Below are positions 20,192 through 29,328 of a DNA stretch of 64,000 nucleotides, piece by piece (positions within the stretch are counted from its first letter, which is position 1; every line of letters begins with the position of its first letter). Made by a program: the position numbers and the translations under genes. The DNA is from an uncultured Fibrobacteria bacterium. Its GTDB lineage: Bacteria > Fibrobacterota > Fibrobacteria > UBA11236. The stretch covers positions 2,112,001 through 2,176,000 of the forward strand of contig OY970309.1 of NCBI GenBank assembly GCA_963716395.1. The letters are read 5' to 3'. The notes below the pieces were generated by a model. It saw only the letters and a list, made by a program, of their open reading frames with translations, searched no databases and was not told the origin of the DNA.

Positions 20192-21319
20192 ATGAAATTC
20201 GAGGTGCACAAGCCGGTATTTTTGGACGCGCTGCAAATGGCCTGCAACGCCATCCCCAGCAAAACCACCTTGCAAATCCTCTACAACCTGCTCTTTCGCC
20301 TGCAGGGCAATGAGCTGGAAATCCGCGCCACCGATCTCGACATGACCATCGTGCTCAAGCTCGCGGTCGAAGGCCATGAAGACGGATCCATCGTGGTGAA
20401 CGCGCGCAAGCTGCTGGAAGTGGTGAAAGAACTGCCGGATTTTCCCGTGTTGGTGGCGGTCGACGACTTTCTCTTCACTATCAAATCCGAATCCGGATTC
20501 CAGGGCAATCTCACCGGCTACGACGCGGCCGAATATCCCTCGCTGCCCGAAGTCGAGCAGGGCCGGACCTTTCAGGTCGCGCTCAAAGATCTGCGTTTCC
20601 TGGCCGACAAGACCAGCTTCGCGGTCTCCAGTGACTTCAGCCGCATGAGCCTCACCGGCGTGTTTTGCGAAAGCAAGAATGGGCAGCTCGAAATGGTGGC
20701 CACCGACGGGCACCGCTTCGGCAAGGCCTGGGTCGCGTCCGCCTTAGGCGGACCTGGAGCGGACTTCCCGGGCGTGATTCTGCCGCCCAAGGCCCTGGCC
20801 CAGGTGTTGCGCATGTCCGAAGATCCTGAGCAGGCCATCGACGTCGAAATCGGATCGGCCCAGGCCCGATTCAGCACGTCGACCATCACCTTGATCACAA
20901 AGCTTATCGATGGGCCCTATCCCAACTACGAAAACGTGATCCCCAAAGAGTTTTCCCGCACCCTGCAATGCGGGCGCGAGCACCTCATGGCCGTGCTGCG
21001 GCGCGTCTCGACCATGGCCCATTCCAAAACACGCCTGGTGGTCTTCCGCTTCGAAGACAAAACGCTCCAGTTGTCGGCCCGCAACCCCGATCTCGGGGGC
21101 GACTCCGAAGAATCGCTGCCGGCCGTCTTCCAGGGCGAGCCCACCGAAGTGGGCCTCAACGCCGCCTATTTGCTGGAAGAGTTGCGCCTGGCGCCCTGTG
21201 AGGAAATCCGTTTCAAGTTCAACAATCCCCTGGGCGCCGTGCTGGTCGAACCCGTGGTCGAACAACCCGGTTATTTCTTCATCGTGATGCCGCTGCGCAT
21301 CCTCAACGAACCCGCCTGA
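20192..21319 (+). CDS. dnaN: DNA polymerase III beta clamp
   Basis: RATDLD, VATDGHR, KLIDGPYPNYENVIP, VMPLR. Confidence 0.95.
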   Translation: MKFEVHKPVFLDALQMACNAIPSKTTLQILYNLLFRLQGNELEIRATDLDMTIVLKLAVEGHEDGSIVVNARKLLEVVKELPDFPVLVAVDDFLFTIKSESGFQGNLTGYDAAEYPSLPEVEQGRTFQVALKDLRFLADKTSFAVSSDFSRMSLTGVFCESKNGQLEMVATDGHRFGKAWVASALGGPGADFPGVILPPKALAQVLRMSEDPEQAIDVEIGSAQARFSTSTITLITKLIDGPYPNYENVIPKEFSRTLQCGREHLMAVLRRVSTMAHSKTRLVVFRFEDKTLQLSARNPDLGGDSEESLPAVFQGEPTEVGLNAAYLLEELRLAPCEEIRFKFNNPLGAVLVEPVVEQPGYFFIVMPLRILNEPA

Positions 21320-21347
21320 CATCCTCCCGCGGCGGAGGGCAGCGCCG

Positions 21348-22073
21348 TCAAAAACAGGGTTTGGATCGCTGCAACAGCACGGCGTACAGCGAGTCGCGCA
21401 GAAAATAAAAGCGCATGGATTCGTAGCGCGTCGTACTGTCGCCGCCCGTTGAATCCGGCCGGGCGCGGCCCTGCCAGCGATAGCGAAGTTCCCGGGGCTG
21501 TTGCAAGAACGGGGTTCCCAACGCCGCGCGGATGGCCTCTGCGGTCATGCCGGAGCGCAGCCAGAGCGAAGGATGGGGAAAATCCCCGGAGATCACCCAG
21601 CTTTCCACGCAGGGGTGCTCCTGTTCGAAAAGCCCGTTACCATAGGCCTTGCGGAACAAGGTGTCGTCGCGGTAGGCATCGTCGAAAGCATAGGGCGTCA
21701 CCGCCACCGGGTCGGGCGGAAATACGAAGTTGGTGTCGAACAAATCGCCGATGCGCACCGTGTCTTCGGGGTGCCCGGGCCGCACCGCCTGCGTATCCTG
21801 CGCCAGGCTGTCGGCCGCCTCCATGGTGTCGAACACGGCGAACAGACTGTCGGCGCCGGTGTCGGGTAACCCGGTCAGGCGGCGCGGGGCATAGGCGATG
21901 GAGTCCCACGCCGGCAGCCAGGACGCGGCGGTCTTCGTCTTCTCTTTCTGCTGGCAGGCCGAAAGCACCAACACCAGGCCAACTGCCAGGATCCGGCCGA
22001 GGCGACGGATTCTTCCCGGGCGCGATTTTTCGGGGAGTGGGTGGAGGAATAAGAACATTGGAGGCCGCCACAA
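21348..22073 (-). CDS. Hypothetical lipoprotein
   Basis: ILAVGLVLVLSAC lipobox; true start is probably downstream of 22073. Confidence 0.6.
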   Translation of the reverse strand: MWRPPMFLFLHPLPEKSRPGRIRRLGRILAVGLVLVLSACQQKEKTKTAASWLPAWDSIAYAPRRLTGLPDTGADSLFAVFDTMEAADSLAQDTQAVRPGHPEDTVRIGDLFDTNFVFPPDPVAVTPYAFDDAYRDDTLFRKAYGNGLFEQEHPCVESWVISGDFPHPSLWLRSGMTAEAIRAALGTPFLQQPRELRYRWQGRARPDSTGGDSTTRYESMRFYFLRDSLYAVLLQRSKPCF

Positions 22074-22235
22074 TTTAGGAAAAAGGCCCCTCGCGAGTTC
22101 CGGGGCATTCGGCGGCTGCAGAAGTTTGAGTGAAACTACAAGTTGTTTCCTGCTTTCTCGGCAATTTGCAATACCCCCCGGCCAGCCGTAAAATCGGGGT
22201 TGAATAGACAGGCCGTTACGGCCGCAGGGGATGGA

Positions 22236-22826
22236 ATGCGGGTTGTATTGGGATGTGGATGGATGGTAACCTCGGCGTTTCTGACCGTCGCGGTCGCTGC
22301 GGAATTCCGCGTCGACACGGCCCAGGAGGCGGCGGATTATCGGAACGGCGACTTCGAAAAGTTGAGCGGCGAGCTCAGTCCCATTTTATCCCCGGGCACC
22401 GCGTGTTCCCGTACCGATAGCATGCAGGCCTGGAAATATCTCGCGGTGATATATGCGGCGGCGCCGGCCACGCGCGAAAAGGGCCGCTATTGCATGCTGC
22501 GTCTGCTCGATTTGGATTCCAACGCCGATTTGCTGGATTTGTTCGCCAGCGAAGAAGTCAACGATTTGTTCCAACGCGCGCGGCGAGAACATGTTTTGAC
22601 CGAGGAAAGCGCTCCGCCGCTCACCCAGCCCGATTCCCCCTCGGTGGCCTCCGCTTCCCATCCCGATTCGGCATCGGCTGACACCGGAACCGTGGCCCTG
22701 GAAGACATCCGGCCCCGGCAATGGGTGGTTTCGGCCCTGGCTGCGGCCGCCGTGGCCGGCATGACCTGGTACACCTGGGAAAACTATCCGGAACGGGGTA
22801 AGATCTATCATGTCTCGGAACCGTGA
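22236..22826 (+). CDS. Exported hypothetical protein with TPR-like helices and a C-terminal hydrophobic segment
   Basis: Signal-like N-terminus, AWKYLAVIYAA, C-terminal WVVSALAAAAVAGMTWY. Confidence 0.6.
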   Translation: MRVVLGCGWMVTSAFLTVAVAAEFRVDTAQEAADYRNGDFEKLSGELSPILSPGTACSRTDSMQAWKYLAVIYAAAPATREKGRYCMLRLLDLDSNADLLDLFASEEVNDLFQRARREHVLTEESAPPLTQPDSPSVASASHPDSASADTGTVALEDIRPRQWVVSALAAAAVAGMTWYTWENYPERGKIYHVSEP

Positions 22827-23808
22827 TCGCCTGCGGGTTTTTGCCCTGCCGGCCGCTTTGGCCGCGGCGCTGGCTTCGACGCGTTGCGAACTCGTGAACA
22901 ATCCGAGTCCGGAAACCTATTTCGACGTGCAGGTGCCGGATTCGTTGACGGCCTACGGCCGTGTGGTGGTGTTGCTCAACGATGCGACGGGAAATTTGAT
23001 CGACACCTTATACGCGGGCGCACTCACCTCTCCTTCCCAGCTGGCCAAATTGCCCGTGCCGGGATTTCAGGCCGCGGTTCCGGTGCAGGTGCAAATCCTG
23101 GGCCTGGTGGGCGACAGCGCCGTTTACTCGCAGACGCGTTATTTCGATCCGCTCACCCAATCGGTCCAGCCGCTTCCGCCTCCCTCTTCGTCAACCACTT
23201 CGTCAACCACTTCATCCCCATCGTCTTCCACTACCCCTGCTTCGACCCGCCTCAATGCGCCGGCGGCGGGGTTCGCTTTGACGCCCGCCGACACCGTGCT
23301 CCCGGCCGGCGATTCTTTGGTGTTTCGCGTAACGGCGTCGGGGTCAACGCTTCCCGTACGTGTGCTGTGGGATGAAAACGGCGATGGAATCTGGGATGAT
23401 TCGCTGCGGCCCGATCCCGGCGACCCGGCCATGGTTTTCGGCTTCCGCAGCACGTCGGCCGAAACGGCGACCCCGGTGGTGGCGCGGCTGTTTTTCGCCG
23501 CGGGTGATTCGCTCACCTTGCAGGCGCGGGTGACCGTGGCCTGGGACCCGCCCACGGCCGCGGCCGGGCCCGACACCAGCGTTCCCGTCGGTGGCGTTAT
23601 TCTGCTGCATGCCGGCGGCACCAGCGCCGTGCGGGCCATCGCCGCACGCGCCTGGAAAATCGACGACGGGGCGTTTTGGTCGGTGCCCTGGGAGAATACC
23701 ACTACGCCCGCGCCCGCGGTGCCCGGGGTCTATGACTTTGTGCTACGCGTAACGGATACCGACAGCCTTACCGCCGTGGATACCATGGTGGTGACGGTCA
23801 CTCCCTAA
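22810..23808 (+). CDS. Secreted or lipoprotein with S/T linker and PKD/Ig-like domains
   Basis: Signal peptide ending in Cys, S/T/P linker, WDENGDGIWD, PTAAAGPDTSV, FVLRVTDTD. Confidence 0.65.
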   Translation: MSRNRDRLRVFALPAALAAALASTRCELVNNPSPETYFDVQVPDSLTAYGRVVVLLNDATGNLIDTLYAGALTSPSQLAKLPVPGFQAAVPVQVQILGLVGDSAVYSQTRYFDPLTQSVQPLPPPSSSTTSSTTSSPSSSTTPASTRLNAPAAGFALTPADTVLPAGDSLVFRVTASGSTLPVRVLWDENGDGIWDDSLRPDPGDPAMVFGFRSTSAETATPVVARLFFAAGDSLTLQARVTVAWDPPTAAAGPDTSVPVGGVILLHAGGTSAVRAIAARAWKIDDGAFWSVPWENTTTPAPAVPGVYDFVLRVTDTDSLTAVDTMVVTVTP

Positions 23809-25106
23809 GTCATTCCCATTCCCATTCCCATTTCCGGTACGGCCTTGGCCAGGGCTTCGGCGGCGCGGTCGAGCACGGCGTCGTTGTGCGCGCTGGAAAG
23901 AAAGCACGCTTCGAATTGCGAGGGCGCGAAGTACAACCCGGCTTTGAGGCAGGCCCGGAAAAAGCGGGCGAAAGCCTGAAGGTCGCAGGCCTGGGCCGAG
24001 GCATAATCGCGCACCGGCTGGGCCGAGCAGAATACCGTGAGCATGGAACCGACGCGGTTCACCTGCCAGGGAAAGGACGCCGCGGCCAGAGCGGCGCGCA
24101 AGTCGGTTTCCCATCGCTGTGCCAGCCTTTCCAGCGGGAGGTAGAAATCCGAGTCCGACAGGGCGTGCAGGCAGGCCAATCCCGCCGCCACGGCCAGGGG
24201 ATTGCCCGACAGGGTTCCCGCCTGGTACACGGGACCGTCGGGGCTCAACAAATCCATGATCTCGCCGCGGCCGCCGTAGGCCGCCAGCGGCAACCCGCCG
24301 CCGATGATTTTGCCGAGCACGGTGAGGTCGGGTTTCACCCCGTACAGGCCCTGCGCGCCTTGCAGCGAAAGGCGAAAGCCCGTCATCACCTCGTCGAAAA
24401 TGAGCAGGGTGTTCTGTCCGTCGCACAGCTTGCGCAAGGCGGGAAGAAAGCCGGCTTCGGGCGCGATCACACCCATATTGCCCATCACCGGCTCCACGAT
24501 CACGGCGGCGATGGCCCCGCCATGCGCCGCGAACAGGGCCTTCACCGAAGCGATATCGTTGAAATCGGCGATCAAGGTGTCGGCCGCCGCGCCGCGCGTC
24601 ACGCCCGGGCTGCTCGGGTTGCCGAAGGTGGCGGCGCCCGATCCGGCTGCGACCAGAAAGGCGTCGGCATGGCCGTGGTAACATCCGCGGAACTTCACGA
24701 TCTTCTCGCGCCGCGTATAGCCGCGGGCCAGGCGCACGGCCGACATGGCGGCTTCGGTACCCGAGCAGGTGAGGCGGACTTTTTCCAGCGAGGGCAAAAA
24801 GCGGCACAAGGTTTCGGCCAATTCGGTTTCGCCTTCGGTACAGGCGCCGAAGCTCAGACCCTTTTCCGCGGCCCGGCGCACGGCCTCGACCACGGCCGGA
24901 TGCGCGTGCCCCAGAATCATCGGCCCCCAGGACAGAACGAAGTCGATATAGTCTTTGCCGTCGGCGTCGCGCAGCAGAGCTCCGCGCGCCGAGTCGATGA
25001 ACACGGGGGTGCCGCCTACGGATTTGAAGGCCCGCACCGGCGAATTCACGCCTCCGGGGATGACCTTTTGGGCGCGGGCGAAGCGATCGCCGGAATCATG
25101 GCTCAT
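23805..25106 (-). CDS. hemL: Glutamate-1-semialdehyde 2,1-aminomutase
   Basis: IPGGVNSPVRAF, SGTEA, YHGH, FDEVMTGFR, GKIIGGGLP, YQAGTLSGNP. Confidence 0.96.
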   Translation of the reverse strand: MSHDSGDRFARAQKVIPGGVNSPVRAFKSVGGTPVFIDSARGALLRDADGKDYIDFVLSWGPMILGHAHPAVVEAVRRAAEKGLSFGACTEGETELAETLCRFLPSLEKVRLTCSGTEAAMSAVRLARGYTRREKIVKFRGCYHGHADAFLVAAGSGAATFGNPSSPGVTRGAAADTLIADFNDIASVKALFAAHGGAIAAVIVEPVMGNMGVIAPEAGFLPALRKLCDGQNTLLIFDEVMTGFRLSLQGAQGLYGVKPDLTVLGKIIGGGLPLAAYGGRGEIMDLLSPDGPVYQAGTLSGNPLAVAAGLACLHALSDSDFYLPLERLAQRWETDLRAALAAASFPWQVNRVGSMLTVFCSAQPVRDYASAQACDLQAFARFFRACLKAGLYFAPSQFEACFLSSAHNDAVLDRAAEALAKAVPEMGMGMGMT

Positions 25107-25873
25107 GCGGAATCCTGGTTGCGGGGTTCGGGAAAAAATACCGCCTTCAGCGCCGCCAGTAAACCCGCGTTGTCGGCCGTGGGCGCAAGGCGGGGATGCG
25201 GCACGCCGTGTTGCTGCAAGGCCTCGCCGGCGCTCGCTCCGATGGAGATGGAAATGGGGCCCGGCGTTTGGTCCAGGCCGGTGGCCAGTGCGGGCGCGGC
25301 CGCGAACAGATTGTGCACCGCCGACCCCGAAGCCAAGAGCACGGCTTGCAGGCCCGGCCAGGTGGCCTGCAATTGCGCGCCGGCTTGAGCCGGGCAGGCC
25401 GGAGCATACAGGGCCAGATTTTCCACGTCGAACCCGCGCCGGGCGAACAGGTCGGGATCGAGGCGCGTTTGCGTGGAGCAAAGATGCAGCAGGCGCAGCC
25501 GTTTGCGCCGCGGCGCTTCGTTTAAAAATCCATGCAGCGACGGTTCGTTTGGGGCGAAAGCCACGCGCGCGCCCAAGGCTTCGGCCTGCGCGCGCGCTTT
25601 GCCGCTGATGAGATACCAGGGGCGGCCCGTGAGCGCCGCCCGCGCGCGTGCGCCCGCCTGCTCCGCCAGCAGCGGAATCAGGCTGGGCGATGAGATTAAA
25701 AATCCGTCGTGGGCGCCGGTGGCCTCGTGCACCAAGGCCGCCAGGCCTGCGGGTTCGAGCCGCAATTCCACCAGCGGCACCTCCAGGGCGGCAAAGCCGG
25801 CGGCGCGCAACAGCGCGCTGAGCGGGGCGGCTTGCGCGGCCGGGCGCGTGTTCAGCACGGCGATCATTTCCAC
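25103..25873 (-). CDS. hemD: Uroporphyrinogen-III synthase
   Basis: VLNTRP, ASGSAV, ISIG; lies between hemC and hemL. Confidence 0.85.
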   Translation of the reverse strand: MEMIAVLNTRPAAQAAPLSALLRAAGFAALEVPLVELRLEPAGLAALVHEATGAHDGFLISSPSLIPLLAEQAGARARAALTGRPWYLISGKARAQAEALGARVAFAPNEPSLHGFLNEAPRRKRLRLLHLCSTQTRLDPDLFARRGFDVENLALYAPACPAQAGAQLQATWPGLQAVLLASGSAVHNLFAAAPALATGLDQTPGPISISIGASAGEALQQHGVPHPRLAPTADNAGLLAALKAVFFPEPRNQDSA

Positions 25874-25880
25874 TCCGGGT

Positions 25881-26843
25881 TCATAGGTCGCGCGGTGTGC
25901 GGATGTTGCGGGCCCGGCATTCTTCCAGCATTTCTGCGGCGGTTTCGTCGATGGCGGCGTCGACTTCCTCGGAGCCGAAGCTGCGCTCCAGACGCAGGTG
26001 CCGGTGTGTGTCGGGATCGCCCAGCACGGCTAACAGACGGAAGCCTTCGCCCGAGGCGTACACATGCGCGGCCATCGGCACCTTGCAGCCGCCGCCCACG
26101 GCCGCCATGAAGCGGCGCTCGGCCGTCACCGCGTCGGCGGTGGGTGCATGATTTAAGGCCGCGAGCCGGCGGCGCGTGGCGTCGTCGTCGGCCCGGCATT
26201 CCAGGGCCAAGGCGGCCTGCCCGATGGCGGGAATGCATTCGGTCAAGTGAAAGGGATGGGTGATGACCTCGGCCCGCCCCAGCCGCCGCAATCCCGCGGC
26301 GGCCAGCACCACGCCCGCCGCTTCACCCCGTTTGATCTTGGCGAGACGCGTATCCACATTCCCGCGGATGGGTACGAAATCGAGGTCGGGCCGCAAGGCG
26401 CGCAATTGCAAGACGCGGCGCGGCGAACCCGTTCCCACCTTGGCGCCGGAGGGCAGGTCGGCGAAGCGCAGGCCCTCCGACACGAATACGTCGCGGGGGT
26501 CTTCGCGCTCGGGAAAGGCGGCCAACACCAAATCGCGCGGCTCTTCTTCGGGAACATCTTTGAGCGAATGCACGGCGGCGTCGATGCGGCCGGCCTGCAG
26601 GGCGGATTGCAATTCCTTGACGAACACCCCGAAGGCGGGAAAGGCGTCGAGGCGCGTGTGCCGATCCACATCCCCCGAGGTATGGATGATTTCGAGGCGC
26701 ACCGACAACCCCGGATGGGCGGCTTCAAGCCACCGTTGCACCATGCCCGATTGCGCCACCGCCAGCGGGCTGCCGCGGCTGCCGAGCGTCAATACGCGCG
26801 CAGCCTTCTTCGCCGCGGGCGAAGGATGGGGGCGATCAGCCAT
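25881..26843 (-). CDS. hemC: Porphobilinogen deaminase
   Basis: GSRGSPLA, FVKEL, AVHSLKD, RGNVDTRL, GGGC. Confidence 0.95.
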   Translation of the reverse strand: MADRPHPSPAAKKAARVLTLGSRGSPLAVAQSGMVQRWLEAAHPGLSVRLEIIHTSGDVDRHTRLDAFPAFGVFVKELQSALQAGRIDAAVHSLKDVPEEEPRDLVLAAFPEREDPRDVFVSEGLRFADLPSGAKVGTGSPRRVLQLRALRPDLDFVPIRGNVDTRLAKIKRGEAAGVVLAAAGLRRLGRAEVITHPFHLTECIPAIGQAALALECRADDDATRRRLAALNHAPTADAVTAERRFMAAVGGGCKVPMAAHVYASGEGFRLLAVLGDPDTHRHLRLERSFGSEEVDAAIDETAAEMLEECRARNIRTPRDL

Positions 26844-28131
26844 GGTCGTCCCCGCCGGGGTTGTCGCCGAGTCCGAACAGGGCGGCGGCATAGTAACTCG
26901 CGCGTTGTGCATCGCCCTGCGCGCCCAGAGCTTTCAGCCCCACGCTGGGAGGGTGGAGCATTTTGTTGACCAGGCCGTGGCCCAGGGCTTCGAACTGCCG
27001 GCGCAGCTCCGGGGGCTGGCCTGCGGCCCATTTTTCGATTTCTTTCTCGGCCAGGGCGCAGAACTTCGCGCGCAACGAGCGGAGCACGGGCACGACTTCG
27101 AGCCCTTGCGACCAGGATTCGATGTGGGCCGCTTCTTCGGCCACGATGGCTTCGGCCTGCTGCGCGGCCTGCCGGCGCAGGTCGGCGTTTTCGGAGATCA
27201 CGCTTTTCAAATCGTCGATGGTGAATAAAAAGGTGTTGTCGATTTCGCCCACCGCCGGATCGATGTCGCGCGGCGCCGCGATGTCGATGAGAAACAGGGG
27301 CCGGCCCTGCCGATGGCGGGACGCCGTCAGCGCATGATCGCGCGTGATCACGAGGTCGGGCGATCCCGTGGCCGCCACCACGATGTCGCAATGCGCCAAG
27401 TGCGTGGCCAATTCCTCCAATAGCCGCACTTCGCCGCCGAGAAAGGCGGCCAGGCGTTCGGCCGACCCGCGCGAGCGATTGAAGAACAAAAATTTTCGCA
27501 CGCCGGCCTTGTGCAGATGGTGCGCGGCCAGTTCGCCCATTTCGCCGGTTCCCACCACGGCCGCGGTTTTGCCGGGCAAATTGCCGAGCACCTTGCGCGC
27601 CAACTCCACCGCGGCATAGCTGATGCTCACCGCGCCCTCGTGGATGGCGGTTTCGGCATGAATGCGCTTGCCCGCGTGCAACCCGGCCTGAAACACGTGG
27701 TTCAGGTAAAAGCCGACCCAACGGTTTTGCTGCGCGAGGTGGTAGGCTTCTTTCACCTGGCCGAAGATCTGCACTTCGCCCAATACCAAGCTGTCGAGCG
27801 AGCCCATGACCCGGAACAAATGGCGCACGGCCTCGTCGCGGGTGAAGAAGTATCCGTGGCTGCGGATTTCACCGGCCTCGACTCCGCGCAGGGCGCTCCA
27901 GCGGGTTTCCAAGGCAGCGCGCGCCACGGCCGGCTCCGGCGTCAGGCCGTAAAGTTCGGAGCGGTTGCAGGTGGAAAGCAGCACCAGTTCCGCAACTTCG
28001 CCCGTGTCCAAGGCCGATGCGGCAAAGGTTTTGACTTCGTCTTTGCCCAGTTGCAGGCGATCGCGCAACTCCACCGACGCGGTCAAATGGTTGATTCCCA
28101 ATACGAAGAGGTGTGCATGCGCATCGGCCAT
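26836..28131 (-). CDS. hemA: Glutamyl-tRNA reductase
   Basis: LSTCNRSE, LDSLVLGEVQIFGQ, GTGEMG, DIAAPRDID. Confidence 0.95.
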   Translation of the reverse strand: MADAHAHLFVLGINHLTASVELRDRLQLGKDEVKTFAASALDTGEVAELVLLSTCNRSELYGLTPEPAVARAALETRWSALRGVEAGEIRSHGYFFTRDEAVRHLFRVMGSLDSLVLGEVQIFGQVKEAYHLAQQNRWVGFYLNHVFQAGLHAGKRIHAETAIHEGAVSISYAAVELARKVLGNLPGKTAAVVGTGEMGELAAHHLHKAGVRKFLFFNRSRGSAERLAAFLGGEVRLLEELATHLAHCDIVVAATGSPDLVITRDHALTASRHRQGRPLFLIDIAAPRDIDPAVGEIDNTFLFTIDDLKSVISENADLRRQAAQQAEAIVAEEAAHIESWSQGLEVVPVLRSLRAKFCALAEKEIEKWAAGQPPELRRQFEALGHGLVNKMLHPPSVGLKALGAQGDAQRASYYAAALFGLGDNPGGDDHG

Positions 28132-28138
28132 GGCGCGC

Positions 28139-28957
28139 CTAGAGATGAAAGCCGTGCAGCCCGATTAGGTTTTCGAGCAGGAGCAGCCCGAATCCGGCCA
28201 GCACCCAGCGCGCATGTCGCAGTCCGCGCCATCCCAGAAACCGCCGGGCCGCGCTGATGCCCAAAAATACCGCCAGCACCGCGAAGATGCCGATTTCAGG
28301 AGGCGACATACCGCGCAGTTCATCGCGACGCACCCACCAGGCGCCGATGGCGCTGCTCACCAGCATGAGCAAGGTGCCGAGAAACACCCAATTGGCGGTG
28401 AGCTTGTCCAGCTTTTCCAGCGGCGGGAGTTTGCGGAAGGTAAGGTCAAAGGTTTTCTGCTTGAGTTTGCGGTGCAGAATGACATACAGCACGGCCAGCA
28501 CCGCCGCGAGGCTGAAACTGGCGTAGGAGGCGAGGCTGGCGACGATGTGGAAGATGAAATAGGGGCTGTGGTACTCGGAATCCAGGATCAGCGGCGCGTT
28601 CAGAAAGAACAGCGAAGCCGTGGCGCACAGCGCCGCCGGACCGATGGTGAAAAAGCCGAGCCGGCGCGTATCGGCCGACCATTCCGAAAGAAAGTGGATG
28701 GCCCCCAGCATCCAGGCCAGAAACAGCAGGGCCTCGCCCTGCGTCCACAGCGGGCAACGATGAAATTCGGCGCCCAAGACCACCAGCAACCCGAAATGCA
28801 GGAGCAGGGCCACGGCCAAAGCGGTTTGGGCGCGGCGATTCCAGCGCGCTTCATCGGCGCTGAAAAACAGGCGGCCGTAATACGCGAGGCAGACGCCGTA
28901 GGCCAGGGGAACGAGAATTTTCAGAATCAGGGCGAGCACGGGCATGGGGAAGACCAA
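28139..28957 (-). CDS. CcsA/HemX-like cytochrome c assembly-family membrane protein
   Basis: About 8 TM helices, FHI...SY, LPPLEKLD; directly upstream of hemA. Start uncertain. Confidence 0.8.
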   Translation of the reverse strand: MVFPMPVLALILKILVPLAYGVCLAYYGRLFFSADEARWNRRAQTALAVALLLHFGLLVVLGAEFHRCPLWTQGEALLFLAWMLGAIHFLSEWSADTRRLGFFTIGPAALCATASLFFLNAPLILDSEYHSPYFIFHIVASLASYASFSLAAVLAVLYVILHRKLKQKTFDLTFRKLPPLEKLDKLTANWVFLGTLLMLVSSAIGAWWVRRDELRGMSPPEIGIFAVLAVFLGISAARRFLGWRGLRHARWVLAGFGLLLLENLIGLHGFHL

Positions 28958-29000
28958 AAGATAGAAGCGCCGGAACCGGGACGGACCAAGGCTGGGTGCG

Positions 29001-29306
29001 TCAAAGCCCGGGAATTCCCAATCCCTTGGTCATGCCGCCCAATTTGGATTGCGAGTCGGCATCGGCCTTGGCGCGCGCCTCGTTGAAGGCTGCCAGCAGC
29101 AAATCTTCCAGCGCCTCGATGTCGTCGGGATCCACGGCCTCTTTCTTGAGGCGCACCGCCTGCACTTCGTATTTGCCGTTCAAGGTGATTTTGACCAGGC
29201 CGCCGCCGGCTTCGGCTTCGTAGGTCATCCCCTGCAATTCGTCCTGCATCTTGGCCATGCGCCCCTGCACCTTTTGCAATTCTTTCATCATCTTCTGCAT
29301 GTTCAT
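29001..29306 (-). CDS. ybaB: YbaB/EbfC nucleoid-associated protein
   Basis: AGGGLVKITLNG, VDPDDIEALEDLLLAAFNEA; GGAGG RBS; follows dnaX. Confidence 0.93.
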   Translation of the reverse strand: MNMQKMMKELQKVQGRMAKMQDELQGMTYEAEAGGGLVKITLNGKYEVQAVRLKKEAVDPDDIEALEDLLLAAFNEARAKADADSQSKLGGMTKGLGIPGL

Positions 29307-29328
29307 GGAAATTCCTCCGGAAGCAAAT

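Noticed and set aside
23811-23833. CATTCC tandem repeat giving HemL a MGMGMGM tail
   Set aside because: Short in-frame microsatellite at a variable C-terminus; no evidence of function or phase variation.
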